Below are positions 33,267-42,664 of a DNA stretch of 64,000 bases, one piece after another (position 1 is the first letter of the stretch; each line of letters opens with the position of its first letter). The DNA is from an uncultured Alphaproteobacteria bacterium (GTDB taxonomy: Bacteria > Pseudomonadota > Alphaproteobacteria > HIMB59 > GCA-002718135), in the NCBI GenBank assembly GCA_902600225.1, contig CACKIH010000001.1, positions 37,370 to 101,369 of the forward strand, read 5' to 3'. Below the pieces are notes generated by a model, which saw only the letters and a program-made list of their open reading frames with translations, made no database searches and was not told the DNA's origin. Position numbers and translations under genes: made by a program.

Positions 33267-34071
33267 TTCTATGTTCCCCAGAAAGTGCTAAATATTTTTT
33301 TCCCTTTGCTCGTCCAATAAGTGTCAAATTCGAGCCTCTCGCCAGCTCTACACCCCATGCTGTGAATCCTGATCTAGAAATTAATATTGGAATACCCATT
33401 TTTATAGTTTTAATAACCATTTCACTAGTTAGTCTTCCTGTGGTGTAAAAAATTTTATTTGAAGAGCTAATTTTTTTTAAAAACATAAAACCAGCAATTT
33501 TATCTACAGCATTATGTCTCCCAACGTCTTCCATATAAATCAATGGTTTATTATTATGAATAATAGCACAACCATGTATTGCTCCTGTTTCTAAATATAA
33601 GCTCGGTGTTAATGTAATTTTTTTTGAAATTTCATAAATCCATTTATGTTTAATTTTCTTTTTGGATTTTAATTTTGATTTTTTTATTTCAGCATAGATA
33701 TCGCCAAATACCGTACCTATTGCACAACCACTAGTTGTTATTTTCTTTCTTAATTTGTTTTCATAATTTGTTCTACGTTTTGTTCTTACAACAACCACAC
33801 CTAAATCTTTATCATTTTCAACTTTTGTAATTATGTCATTTTTCTTAAGCATATTTTGATTCAATAAATACCCAATTGCAAGATATTTTGGGTGATCACT
33901 AATAGACATTAGCGTTACTATCTCTTGATTATTAAGAAAAATTGTAAGAGCTTTTTCATTAATAACTTTAGAAATTATTTTATTTCCTTTCTCATCAAAA
34001 CCATTTAGTTTTGTAATTAAGGACTTATTATTAATATCAGGTGAGACTAAATATTTCTCTTTTTTTGCCAT
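33253..34071 (-). CDS. fdhD: Formate dehydrogenase sulfurtransferase FdhD
   Basis: TSGCAIG, TGAIHGC, EDVGRHNAVDK, TGRLTSEMV.K. Confidence 0.95.
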   Translation of the reverse strand: MAKKEKYLVSPDINNKSLITKLNGFDEKGNKIISKVINEKALTIFLNNQEIVTLMSISDHPKYLAIGYLLNQNMLKKNDIITKVENDKDLGVVVVRTKRRTNYENKLRKKITTSGCAIGTVFGDIYAEIKKSKLKSKKKIKHKWIYEISKKITLTPSLYLETGAIHGCAIIHNNKPLIYMEDVGRHNAVDKIAGFMFLKKISSSNKIFYTTGRLTSEMVIKTIKMGIPILISRSGFTAWGVELARGSNLTLIGRAKGKKYLALSGEHRIDHK

Positions 34072-34097
34072 ATGTTGTAATTAAACTAATAATATAA

Positions 34098-34790
34098 ATG
34101 AACATATTAGAAATTTTCACAAATTCCATACTATTAATTATTACTTTAGATAATGAACTATGGGACATTATACTTTTATCATTATTTGTAAGTTTTACTG
34201 CCCTAATTATTGCGTCATTATTAGGATTTATACTAGGGTATTATTTTGCAATTTATAATTTTTATTTCAAAAAAATTATTTTAATAATTATAAACTCATT
34301 GATGGGAATTCCTCCAGTTGTAGTTGGTTTAATTGTTTATTTTATTTTTGCATCAGGTGGACCTTTAGGTATCTTACAACTTCTATACACACCTTCTGCG
34401 ATGATTATTGCTCAAACTATAATAATTTTTCCAATAATTACCTCATTATCTCATGAGATATTTTCTAAAAATTGGTTTGAATTTAAAGATCAGATAAGAT
34501 CCTTAAATATTCCTTTTTGGGGTTCTGTAAAACTTTTATTTAACCATAGTTATTTTTTATTAATAACAACATTATTATCTGCTTTTGGAAGAGCAATTTC
34601 AGAAGTTGGTGCAGTTATGATTGTGGGTGGTAATATTGATCATTATACACGAGTAATGACAACCGCTATATCGTTAGAAACTAGAATGGGAAATTTAGAA
34701 TACGCTATGGCATTAGGTTTAGTTTTAATATCAATAACAATAATTATTTACTCGCTTGTATATTTATTAAATAATAGATCTATTAAATGA
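34098..34790 (+). CDS. tupB: Tungstate ABC transporter permease (TupB-like)
   Basis: MGIPPVVVGL, FGRAISEVGAVMIVGGNI...TRVMTTAI.LET..G. Confidence 0.82.
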   Translation: MNILEIFTNSILLIITLDNELWDIILLSLFVSFTALIIASLLGFILGYYFAIYNFYFKKIILIIINSLMGIPPVVVGLIVYFIFASGGPLGILQLLYTPSAMIIAQTIIIFPIITSLSHEIFSKNWFEFKDQIRSLNIPFWGSVKLLFNHSYFLLITTLLSAFGRAISEVGAVMIVGGNIDHYTRVMTTAISLETRMGNLEYAMALGLVLISITIIIYSLVYLLNNRSIK

Positions 34791-35269
34791 AAATAGTAGG
34801 ATTTGTTGGCTGGAAGGACTCAGGGAAAACAACTATTGCAACTAAAATTATACATAAACTTAGCTCTAAAAATTTTCGTGTTGCTTCAATTAAACATGCG
34901 CATCACGAATTTGATATAGATCATGAGAATACAGATAGCTTTAAGCATAGATTAGCAGGATCTTCTCAAGTAATAGTTAGTTCATCGAAGCGATGGGTTA
35001 AAATATCAGAGCTAAACAATTCAAAAGAAAAAACATTAGATGAATTAATTAATCAACTTTCAGAAATTGATATTGTAATAGTGGAAGGGTTTAAAAATGA
35101 AAATCACCCAAAAATTGAAATAATTAAAAATGATAATGATAATTACTTATTTACCAAAATTAAAAATATAAAAGCTATTATTTCAAATAATAAAATTAAA
35201 ACTGACTTGAGAATTTTTAAGAACGATGAAATTGATAATATAGTCGATTTTATTTTGAGAGATTTTTAA
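34787..35269 (+). CDS. mobB: Molybdopterin-guanine dinucleotide biosynthesis protein B
   Basis: GWKDSGKTT, IKHAHH.FD.D, TDS..HR.AG, VEGFK. Confidence 0.93.
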   Translation: MKIVGFVGWKDSGKTTIATKIIHKLSSKNFRVASIKHAHHEFDIDHENTDSFKHRLAGSSQVIVSSSKRWVKISELNNSKEKTLDELINQLSEIDIVIVEGFKNENHPKIEIIKNDNDNYLFTKIKNIKAIISNNKIKTDLRIFKNDEIDNIVDFILRDF

Positions 35270-36483
35270 TGAATAAATCACCTCTAACTAAAAAACAAAT
35301 TGTTAATTTATTTAAAAAACAAAAGATTGTAATTTTTAACTCTGAAAAAATTAATTTAGAAAATTCAGAGGATAGATTTCTTTATGAAAATATAAAAAGT
35401 AAAATTAATTTACCTCCTTTTAATAATTCTGCTGTAGACGGTTATGCTATTTTAAAAACAGATTTAAAAACAAAAAAAGTTTTTTTTTGTAATAGACGAA
35501 TAGCAGCTGGAGATAACAAAAATATAAAAGTAAAACCTGGTGAAGCAGTTAGAATTTTTACTGGCGCAAAAATGCCTTCGAATTCATCAACTGTAGTTAT
35601 GCAGGAAAATACATACAAGAAAGGAAATAAAATTCATTTAATTAAAATTCCAAAATTTGGAGATAATTATAGATTAAAGGGTGAAGATATAAAAAAAAAC
35701 CAAAAAATATTGGAAAAGGGGTCTAAATTAAATCAACAAAATATAAATTTAATTGCTGCTACTGGTATTAGTAAAATAAAAGTATTTAAAAAAATTAAAA
35801 TTGGTTTCTTTACAAGTGGTAATGAATTACGAAAACCAACTAAAAATTTAAAAAATTCTGAAATTAATAATTCAAATTATTATAGTTTAAATAATTTACT
35901 TGATAAGAATTTTATAGAAAAAAAATATTGTGGAAATCTCAAAGATAATTTTAAATCTATTAAAAACAAAATTTTTAATACTTCAAAAAAATTTAATGTA
36001 ATAATAACTGCTGGTGGTGCATCTGTTGGCGATGAAGATCATTTAATTAAAGTTTTATCTGAAATAGGTAAGATATATTTTTGGAGAGCAGCAATAAAAC
36101 CAGGGAGACCTATTGCAGTTGGAAAAATAAATAAATGCTACATAATTTGCTTACCAGGTAATCCAGTTTCTGTTCAATTACTATATGCAATGTTAGTAAA
36201 ACCATTAATAGAAAAAATATCTGGCGGAAATTTTAAGCTCCCATCTTCAAGTAAAATTACAGCAAATTTTTCTATGAAGAAAAAAACAAAAAGAATGGAG
36301 TGGTTACGTGTAAATAAAGAAACTATAAATAATAAAAATATTGCAAATAAATTTCCTAAACAAGGTTCTGGAATGATCAGTTCAATATCCTATTCAGATG
36401 GTATAATTGAAATTGATGAAAATGTTTCTCAAGTAAACAAAGGAGATATATTTGATTTTTATAATTACGAAAGTTTATTTTAA
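35269..36483 (+). CDS. moeA: Molybdopterin molybdotransferase MoeA
   Basis: PPF.NSAVDGYA, RIFTGA, GGASVGDED, IKPGRP, LPGNP, QGSG. Confidence 0.93.
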   Translation: MNKSPLTKKQIVNLFKKQKIVIFNSEKINLENSEDRFLYENIKSKINLPPFNNSAVDGYAILKTDLKTKKVFFCNRRIAAGDNKNIKVKPGEAVRIFTGAKMPSNSSTVVMQENTYKKGNKIHLIKIPKFGDNYRLKGEDIKKNQKILEKGSKLNQQNINLIAATGISKIKVFKKIKIGFFTSGNELRKPTKNLKNSEINNSNYYSLNNLLDKNFIEKKYCGNLKDNFKSIKNKIFNTSKKFNVIITAGGASVGDEDHLIKVLSEIGKIYFWRAAIKPGRPIAVGKINKCYIICLPGNPVSVQLLYAMLVKPLIEKISGGNFKLPSSSKITANFSMKKKTKRMEWLRVNKETINNKNIANKFPKQGSGMISSISYSDGIIEIDENVSQVNKGDIFDFYNYESLF

Positions 36484-36731
36484 TTTTTAATTTTAAATTT
36501 ATAACGAATTACAATTTTATCTTTAATTTTTTTACAACTTAAATATTCATAGTTGGACTGATCACAATAATGTTCAAAGTCTGCTTCAGCCAAGGGATCA
36601 GTTGCAATAATTTTAATAATTGTATCCTTGTTTAATTCTGAAGCAAGTTTCCTAGCCTTAAGCACGGGGATAGGACATTCTGTACCACTAGTATCAAGAA
36701 CTAATTCTTCATTTTCAACTGAATCTTTCAT
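36480..36731 (-). CDS. tusA: TusA family sulfurtransferase
   Basis: LDTSG..CPIPVLK, ATDP.A..D...YC. Confidence 0.88.
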   Translation of the reverse strand: MKDSVENEELVLDTSGTECPIPVLKARKLASELNKDTIIKIIATDPLAEADFEHYCDQSNYEYLSCKKIKDKIVIRYKFKIKN

Positions 36732-36771
36732 AGTTTTCTGATACTTAATATATAGTATAATATTAATTGAA

Positions 36772-38475
36772 ATGGATAAATTTGTTTCTCAAACAGAAAC
36801 TTCTTTAAAAAAGAAGAAAAGACGTTGGACTCCAAAAGGAAGACAAGTCGAAGATAAATATTTAGAAGAAGTTTCTAAATTGTTTTCAGGATTAATATTT
36901 AAGCGAGATGAATTAATAGAATATTTGCATATATTACAGGATAAATTTGGTGTTTTGTACGACAAACATCTAGTAGCTTTATCTACTATTATAAACTTAC
37001 CACTTTCTGAAATTTATGAAGTTGCAACTTTTTATGCTCACTTTAATATTGTTAAAGATAGTAAAGATTATAACCCAGTGAATGTTGTAAGAGTTTGTGA
37101 AAGTTTAACGTGTGAATTATTTGGAGCACACAAATTACTTCAAGATATAAAAAAATTAGAAAATAAAAATATAAAAGTCGTAGCTGGTCCATGCATGGGA
37201 AGATGTAATGTTGCTCCTACTGTCTGCGTAGGAAAAAATTATGTTGATGTGGCTAATTTTGATAAAGTTAAAAAATCAATCGATGAAAAAAGTTTTGAAC
37301 CCTTCATTCCAGATTATATAAATTTATCTACTTATAAAAATAATGGCGGTTATGAAATTGCCAACAAAATACGTAATGGGGCAATTTCAAAAAAACAAGT
37401 TTTGGACTCATTAAATGAAAGCGGATTGAAAGGGAAAGGTGGCGCTGGATTTCCTACTGGAAAAAAATGGGAAATTGTCTCAAATTACAATGGTAAAAAA
37501 TATGTTGCTGTTAATGGTGATGAAGGTGAACCAGGAACATTTAAAGATAGGTCATATTTAGAAAGTGATCCACATAGATTTTTAGAAGGAGCTTTAATTG
37601 CCTCCTATTTTATAAATGCTCATAAAGTTTACATTTATATGAGAGATGAATATCCAGCAGTTATAAAAATTTTAATTGATGAAATAAATAAAATAGAAGA
37701 TGAAGAAATAATTCCAAGAGACTTTTTCATAGTAAGAAGAGGTGCAGGAGCCTATATCTGTGGAGAAGAATCAGCAATGATAGAAAGTATTGAAGGCAAG
37801 AGAGGATTGCCAAGGCATAGACCACCTTATGTGGCTGAAATTGGTTTATTTGGATGTCCTACTTTAACAAATAATTTAGAAACTCTTTTTTGGGTAAGAG
37901 ATATAATTGAAAAAGGAGCAAAGTGGTTTGCTGAAAAGGGGTCCAATGGAAATAAGGGTTTTCATAGTTTTTCAGTATCAGGAAGAGTAAAAAACCCAGG
38001 AGTAAAAGTTGCTCCAGCTGGGATAACAATTCAGCAATTAATCGATGAGTATTGTGATGGTATGGCCGATGGACATACTTTTAAAGGATATCTTCCAGGA
38101 GGTGCATCAGGTGGTATTCTCCCTGCTACAATGAATGATATTCCACTTGATTATGGATCGAAAGAATTAATGGATGCCGGATGTTTTTTAGGTTCAGCGG
38201 CAGTAGTTGTTTTATCGGATCAAGATAATATGAAAGATGTTGCACTTAATTTACTAAAATTTTTTGAAGAGGAAAGTTGTGGTCAATGTACACCATGCCG
38301 TTCCGGTACGGAGAAAACTGTAAAATTAATGCAAGAAAAAAATTGGAACAAGGAAAAATTAAAAGATTTAAGTGAAGTCATGGCTCAAGCATCAATATGT
38401 GGTTTAGGTCAAGCTGCAACAAACCCTTTAAATTCTGTTTTAAAATATTTTAGCAATGAAATAACTTATGACTAA
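36772..38475 (+). CDS. NAD-dependent formate dehydrogenase beta subunit (NuoE+NuoF-like fusion)
   Basis: LIEYLH..QD, CESLTC...CMGRC [2Fe-2S], GKGGAGFPTG, DEGEPGTFKDR, GAGAYICGEE, CGQCTPC...C [4Fe-4S]. Confidence 0.9.
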   Translation: MDKFVSQTETSLKKKKRRWTPKGRQVEDKYLEEVSKLFSGLIFKRDELIEYLHILQDKFGVLYDKHLVALSTIINLPLSEIYEVATFYAHFNIVKDSKDYNPVNVVRVCESLTCELFGAHKLLQDIKKLENKNIKVVAGPCMGRCNVAPTVCVGKNYVDVANFDKVKKSIDEKSFEPFIPDYINLSTYKNNGGYEIANKIRNGAISKKQVLDSLNESGLKGKGGAGFPTGKKWEIVSNYNGKKYVAVNGDEGEPGTFKDRSYLESDPHRFLEGALIASYFINAHKVYIYMRDEYPAVIKILIDEINKIEDEEIIPRDFFIVRRGAGAYICGEESAMIESIEGKRGLPRHRPPYVAEIGLFGCPTLTNNLETLFWVRDIIEKGAKWFAEKGSNGNKGFHSFSVSGRVKNPGVKVAPAGITIQQLIDEYCDGMADGHTFKGYLPGGASGGILPATMNDIPLDYGSKELMDAGCFLGSAAVVVLSDQDNMKDVALNLLKFFEEESCGQCTPCRSGTEKTVKLMQEKNWNKEKLKDLSEVMAQASICGLGQAATNPLNSVLKYFSNEITYD

Positions 38476-41221
38476 AGAGAAAATAAAATTTTATTTAAAC
38501 GAAAAGTTAGTTGAAGCAAATGCTGATGAAACTATTTGGCAAGTTGCAAATAGACTTGGAACAGAAATCCCACATTTATGTTATTCAGATAAACCTGGCT
38601 ATAGAGCAGATGGAAATTGCAGAGCATGTATGGTTGAAATTGAAGGAGAACGTGTGTTGGCAGCATCTTGTATTAGAAAGCCAACTGAAAGTATGAAAGT
38701 AAAAACTTCTTCAGAAAAGGCTAAAAAATCTAGAGAGTTAGTTTTTGAATTACTTCTAGCAGACCAGCCAAAAAAAGTAATTGCTCATGATAATAATTCT
38801 GATTTTTGGAAATGGATAGAAAAAGTTGAAGTTAAAGAAAGTAGATTTCCAAAAAAAACTTCATGTCAGGCAGACGTTTCTCATCCTAGTATGGCTGTAA
38901 ATCTAGATGCATGTATACAATGTAATCTTTGTGTAAGAGCATGTAGAGAAGTCCAGGTAAACGATGTCATTGGAATGGCATATCGAGGAGAAAATTCTAA
39001 AATTGTATTCGACTTTGATGATCCAATGGGTGATAGCACATGTGTAGCATGTGGTGAATGTGTACAGGCTTGTCCTACTGGAGCATTAATGCCAGCATCC
39101 ATTGTAGATAAAGATGGTGTTGGCCATAGTAAGGTTGATAAAAAAATTGATAGCGTTTGTCCTTATTGTGGTGTGGGTTGTCAGATAGAATACAATGTAA
39201 AAGATAACAAAATTAAATACGTTAATGGTGTTGATGGTCCTGCAAACAAGAATAGATTATGTGTAAAAGGGAGGTTTGGATTTGATTATGTAAATAATCC
39301 AGAAAGACTTACAAAGCCGTTGATTAGAATTAAAGACAAAGCAAAAGATTTACATCCAAACATTAATTTTTCAAATATTCATGAATATTTTAGAGAAGCA
39401 TCTTGGGATGAAGCTTTAGATTATGCAGCACAAGGATTTTTAAAACTTAAAAAACAAAGAAATGGTAAAAGTAATCTTGCTGGATTTGGATCAGCTAAAT
39501 GTTCAAATGAAGAAGCATATTTATTTCAAAAATTAATACGAACTGGTTTTAATACTAATAATGTTGATCATTGTACAAGGCTTTGTCATGCATCATCTGT
39601 AGCTGCTTTATTAGAAACTATTGGTTCAGGAGCTGTTACTGCTCCATTCTATGAAGTTGAACATTCTGATGTGATAATAGTCATTGGAGCAAATCCGACT
39701 GAAAATCATCCAGTAGCAGCAACTTTTTTTAAAAATGCTGCAAAAAAAGGTTCCAAATTAATTGTGATGGATCCAAGAGGTCATTCCTTAAAAAAACATG
39801 CAACTCATATGTTGCAATTTAAACCAGGATCTGATGTTGCTCTCTTAAACTCAATAATGAATGTTATTGTCGAAGAAAATTTATTTAATTCCGAATATAT
39901 TAAAAAACAAACTGAAGGATTTGAAAAATTAAGAAAACATTTAATGAATTATTCACCTGATATAATGGAAAACGAAACAGGTATCGACCCAGAACTTATA
40001 AGAGAGGTAGCACGTTTATATGCCAATACAAATAAAGGAATAATTTTTTGGGGTATGGGAATTTCTCAACACACACATGGTACCGACAATGCTAGATGTT
40101 TAATTTCTCTAGCTTTAATGACAGGGAATGTTGGAAAAAGGGGATCCGGTTTACATCCTTTAAGAGGACAAAATAATGTTCAGGGAGCGTCAGATGCCGG
40201 TCTTATACCAATGATGTATCCTGATTACCAATTAGTTGATAAAGATAATAATAAAGATTTTTTTGAAAAACTTTGGAAAACTCCTTTAGATGATAAAAAA
40301 GGTCTAACTGTTGTTGAAATTATGGATGCTATTCATGAGAATACAATTAAAGGGATGTATATACTTGGAGAAAATCCAGCAATGTCTGATCCTGATCTTA
40401 ATCATGCAAGAGAAGCTCTACAAATGTTAGAGCATTTAGTTGTTCAAGATATTTTTTTAACTGAAACAGCTACATATGCGGATGTTATTTTCCCAGCTTC
40501 AGCATGGCCTGAAAAAAATGGAACAGTTACTAATACTAATAGACAAGTACAGATGGGAAGAAAAGCTTTAGACTCTCCAGGTCAAGCTAAAGAAGATTGG
40601 TGGATAACAAACGAACTTGGAAAAAGAATGGGTTTAAATTGGAAATATAAACATCCAAAAGAAATTTATGAAGAAATGTCACTAACAATGCCTTCATTAA
40701 ACAATATATCTTGGGAAAGATTAGATAATGAAAACTCTGTAACTTATCCAAGCAAGTCTCCAACTACACCAGGAGATGAAATTGTTTTTGGTGATAAGTT
40801 TCCAAACGAAAATGGTAAAGGTAAATTTATTCCAGCTAGTGTTACTGCACCAGATGAGGTACCTGATAAAGAATTTGCGATGATACTAACCACAGGAAGG
40901 CAATTAGAGCATTGGCATACTGGAGCTATGACTAGAAAGGCATCAAATTTAGATGCCATTGAACCAGAACCTTCGGTTTCAATATCACCTAAAGATATAA
41001 TTAAAAATAATATGAAAGCTGGAGATAAAATAAAAGTCACAACTAGAAGAGGCTCAATAGATATAAGAGTAAGGCAAGACAGGGCGATTCCTGATGGAGT
41101 CATATTTATTCCATTTTGTTATAATGAATCTGCCGCTAATCTTTTAACTAATCCAGCTTTAGATCCATATGGAAAAATTCCTGAATTTAAATATTGTGCT
41201 GCAAAAATTGAGAAGTTATAA
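38468..41221 (+). CDS. fdhF: Formate dehydrogenase alpha subunit (bis-MGD, Cys ligand)
   Basis: [2Fe-2S] CRAC, two CxxCxxC ferredoxin motifs, CPYCGVGC, DHCTRLCHA, LRGQNNVQG, PEFK. Confidence 0.95.
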   Translation: MTKEKIKFYLNEKLVEANADETIWQVANRLGTEIPHLCYSDKPGYRADGNCRACMVEIEGERVLAASCIRKPTESMKVKTSSEKAKKSRELVFELLLADQPKKVIAHDNNSDFWKWIEKVEVKESRFPKKTSCQADVSHPSMAVNLDACIQCNLCVRACREVQVNDVIGMAYRGENSKIVFDFDDPMGDSTCVACGECVQACPTGALMPASIVDKDGVGHSKVDKKIDSVCPYCGVGCQIEYNVKDNKIKYVNGVDGPANKNRLCVKGRFGFDYVNNPERLTKPLIRIKDKAKDLHPNINFSNIHEYFREASWDEALDYAAQGFLKLKKQRNGKSNLAGFGSAKCSNEEAYLFQKLIRTGFNTNNVDHCTRLCHASSVAALLETIGSGAVTAPFYEVEHSDVIIVIGANPTENHPVAATFFKNAAKKGSKLIVMDPRGHSLKKHATHMLQFKPGSDVALLNSIMNVIVEENLFNSEYIKKQTEGFEKLRKHLMNYSPDIMENETGIDPELIREVARLYANTNKGIIFWGMGISQHTHGTDNARCLISLALMTGNVGKRGSGLHPLRGQNNVQGASDAGLIPMMYPDYQLVDKDNNKDFFEKLWKTPLDDKKGLTVVEIMDAIHENTIKGMYILGENPAMSDPDLNHAREALQMLEHLVVQDIFLTETATYADVIFPASAWPEKNGTVTNTNRQVQMGRKALDSPGQAKEDWWITNELGKRMGLNWKYKHPKEIYEEMSLTMPSLNNISWERLDNENSVTYPSKSPTTPGDEIVFGDKFPNENGKGKFIPASVTAPDEVPDKEFAMILTTGRQLEHWHTGAMTRKASNLDAIEPEPSVSISPKDIIKNNMKAGDKIKVTTRRGSIDIRVRQDRAIPDGVIFIPFCYNESAANLLTNPALDPYGKIPEFKYCAAKIEKL

Positions 41222-41228
41222 ATATTTT

Positions 41229-41351
41229 ATGATAAAAAAAATATTAATAATTTTATTTCTTGTATTTAGTCCAATCACAGCATGCTCTACATTAAGTGAA
41301 TTAAACGAAAGAGTAAAAGGTGATGGAGTTCCTTATATACCTGGGATTTAA
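41229..41351 (+). CDS. Small lipoprotein (40 aa)
   Basis: MIKKILIILFLVFSPITAC signal II with lipobox; TATAAA 6 nt upstream of the ATG. Confidence 0.6.
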   Translation: MIKKILIILFLVFSPITACSTLSELNERVKGDGVPYIPGI

Positions 41352-41401
41352 TTTATAAAATTCTTGTCGAATTTATAATTTAATATAAATGCAAAATAGA
41401 T

Positions 41402-41477
<76 letters not shown>

Positions 41478-41488
41478 CTTAATAGTAT

Positions 41489-42250
41489 TTAAGTTGAGTA
41501 AAACTGATATAAAGCAATCGATGTTGCATTAGAAACATTCAAACTATCAATGTCAAATTTTAAATTATTTTTCATTTTTATCTGAATTATTTCATCACAT
41601 TCCTTTTTTACTAATTCTCTAATACCTTTTCCTTCAGAACCAAAAACTAATACTGATTTTTGTGAAAAATTTAATTTTGAATTTTTATTTTTCGAACTGT
41701 CAAAACCATAAATCCAATAATTATTTTTTTTAAGAAAAGAAATAGCTCTTCTAATATTTGTCACTCTAATATAATTTACAATTTCTGCAGCACCGGAAGC
41801 TGATTTATAAAGTGATGAAGTCAGTTCTGGTGAATTATTTTTGCCAACTATAATTCCTGCACAATCAAATAATGCACATGATCTCATTATTGAGCCAATA
41901 TTTTGAGGGTCAGTTACTTGATCTAAAATTAATATTACTGATTTTGATTTTTTACATTCTACTTTTACAAATTCTTCTAAACCTGGCCGAGTAAGATCTT
42001 TTGTTTTTAGAACTACTCCCTGCGTTGTGTTTTCATTTCCAAATCTTCTTGTGAATTCATTTTGAGGAAGAATGGTAATTTTTTGTGTATTAGATTCATA
42101 TTTTTTGGCAAAATTTGTGTGATTTTTACTAATTATAAGCTCAATATTCTCTCTTTTATCATTTTGAAGAGCTGCCTTAACAGAATGTTGACCAAAAATT
42201 GTATGAATTCCTTGATTTTTATTAGATTTATTATTTCTAAACTTAGTCAT
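41489..42250 (-). CDS. rlmB: 23S rRNA (Gm2251) methyltransferase RlmB
   Basis: LDQVTDPQNIGSI.RS, KSASGA, GSEGKG.R, SLNVSNA (SPOUT fold). Confidence 0.92.
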   Translation of the reverse strand: MTKFRNNKSNKNQGIHTIFGQHSVKAALQNDKRENIELIISKNHTNFAKKYESNTQKITILPQNEFTRRFGNENTTQGVVLKTKDLTRPGLEEFVKVECKKSKSVILILDQVTDPQNIGSIMRSCALFDCAGIIVGKNNSPELTSSLYKSASGAAEIVNYIRVTNIRRAISFLKKNNYWIYGFDSSKNKNSKLNFSQKSVLVFGSEGKGIRELVKKECDEIIQIKMKNNLKFDIDSLNVSNATSIALYQFYST

Positions 42251-42375
42251 GGTTTAATATCACAGATTTGTCTAATTAATACAATCTAGATATGTACAAA
42301 AAGGCATTTTTTGTCTAAAAGGCCGTTGCTTTTACGAGTATACGTATTTTGCAAAGGTGAAGCTGCTGTTTTAGA

Positions 42376-42405
42376 TTGACATATATACTAATTTATTAGT
42401 ATTGG
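42376..42405 (+). promoter_or_regulatory. Putative promoter of the tRNA-Tyr/Gly-tuf unit
   Basis: Perfect TTGACA at 42376-42381; candidate -10 TAGTAT or TATTGG. Confidence 0.45.
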
Positions 42406-42420
42406 CCAATTTCTTCAAAC

Positions 42421-42506
42421 GGAGGGGTGGTCGAGTGGTTAAAGGCAGCGGACTGTAAATCCGCCCGCGTGAGCGTACGTAGGTTCGAATCCTACCCCCT
42501 CCACCA
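42421..42506 (+). tRNA. tRNA-Tyr(GTA)
   Basis: GGAGGGG/CCCCTCC acceptor, GCGGA-CTGTAAA-TCCGC, long variable arm, CCA. Confidence 0.97.
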
Positions 42507-42564
42507 TTATGGAGGTAATGGGATGAAAGCATTAAAGTGAGTGTGTGAAGCAGTCAGTTTAGTT

Positions 42565-42638
42565 GCGGGTGTAGCTTAGTGGTAAAGCTCCAGCCTTCCA
42601 AGCTGGCTACGAGGGTTCGATTCCCTTCACCCGCTCCA
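42565..42638 (+). tRNA. tRNA-Gly(TCC)
   Basis: GCGGGTG/CACCCGC acceptor, CCAGC-CTTCCAA-GCTGG, CCA. Confidence 0.97.
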
Positions 42639-42664
42639 TAACAAAATATTATTGGGGTAAAAAA

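Noticed and set aside
39560-39600. Possible selenocysteine in the FDH active site
   Set aside because: The codon is TGT (Cys) in RLCHA; no in-frame TGA is present.
42507-42564. GGAGG plus mini-ORF (MKALK) in the tRNA-Tyr/Gly spacer
   Set aside because: Too short and located in a processed tRNA spacer; probably chance.
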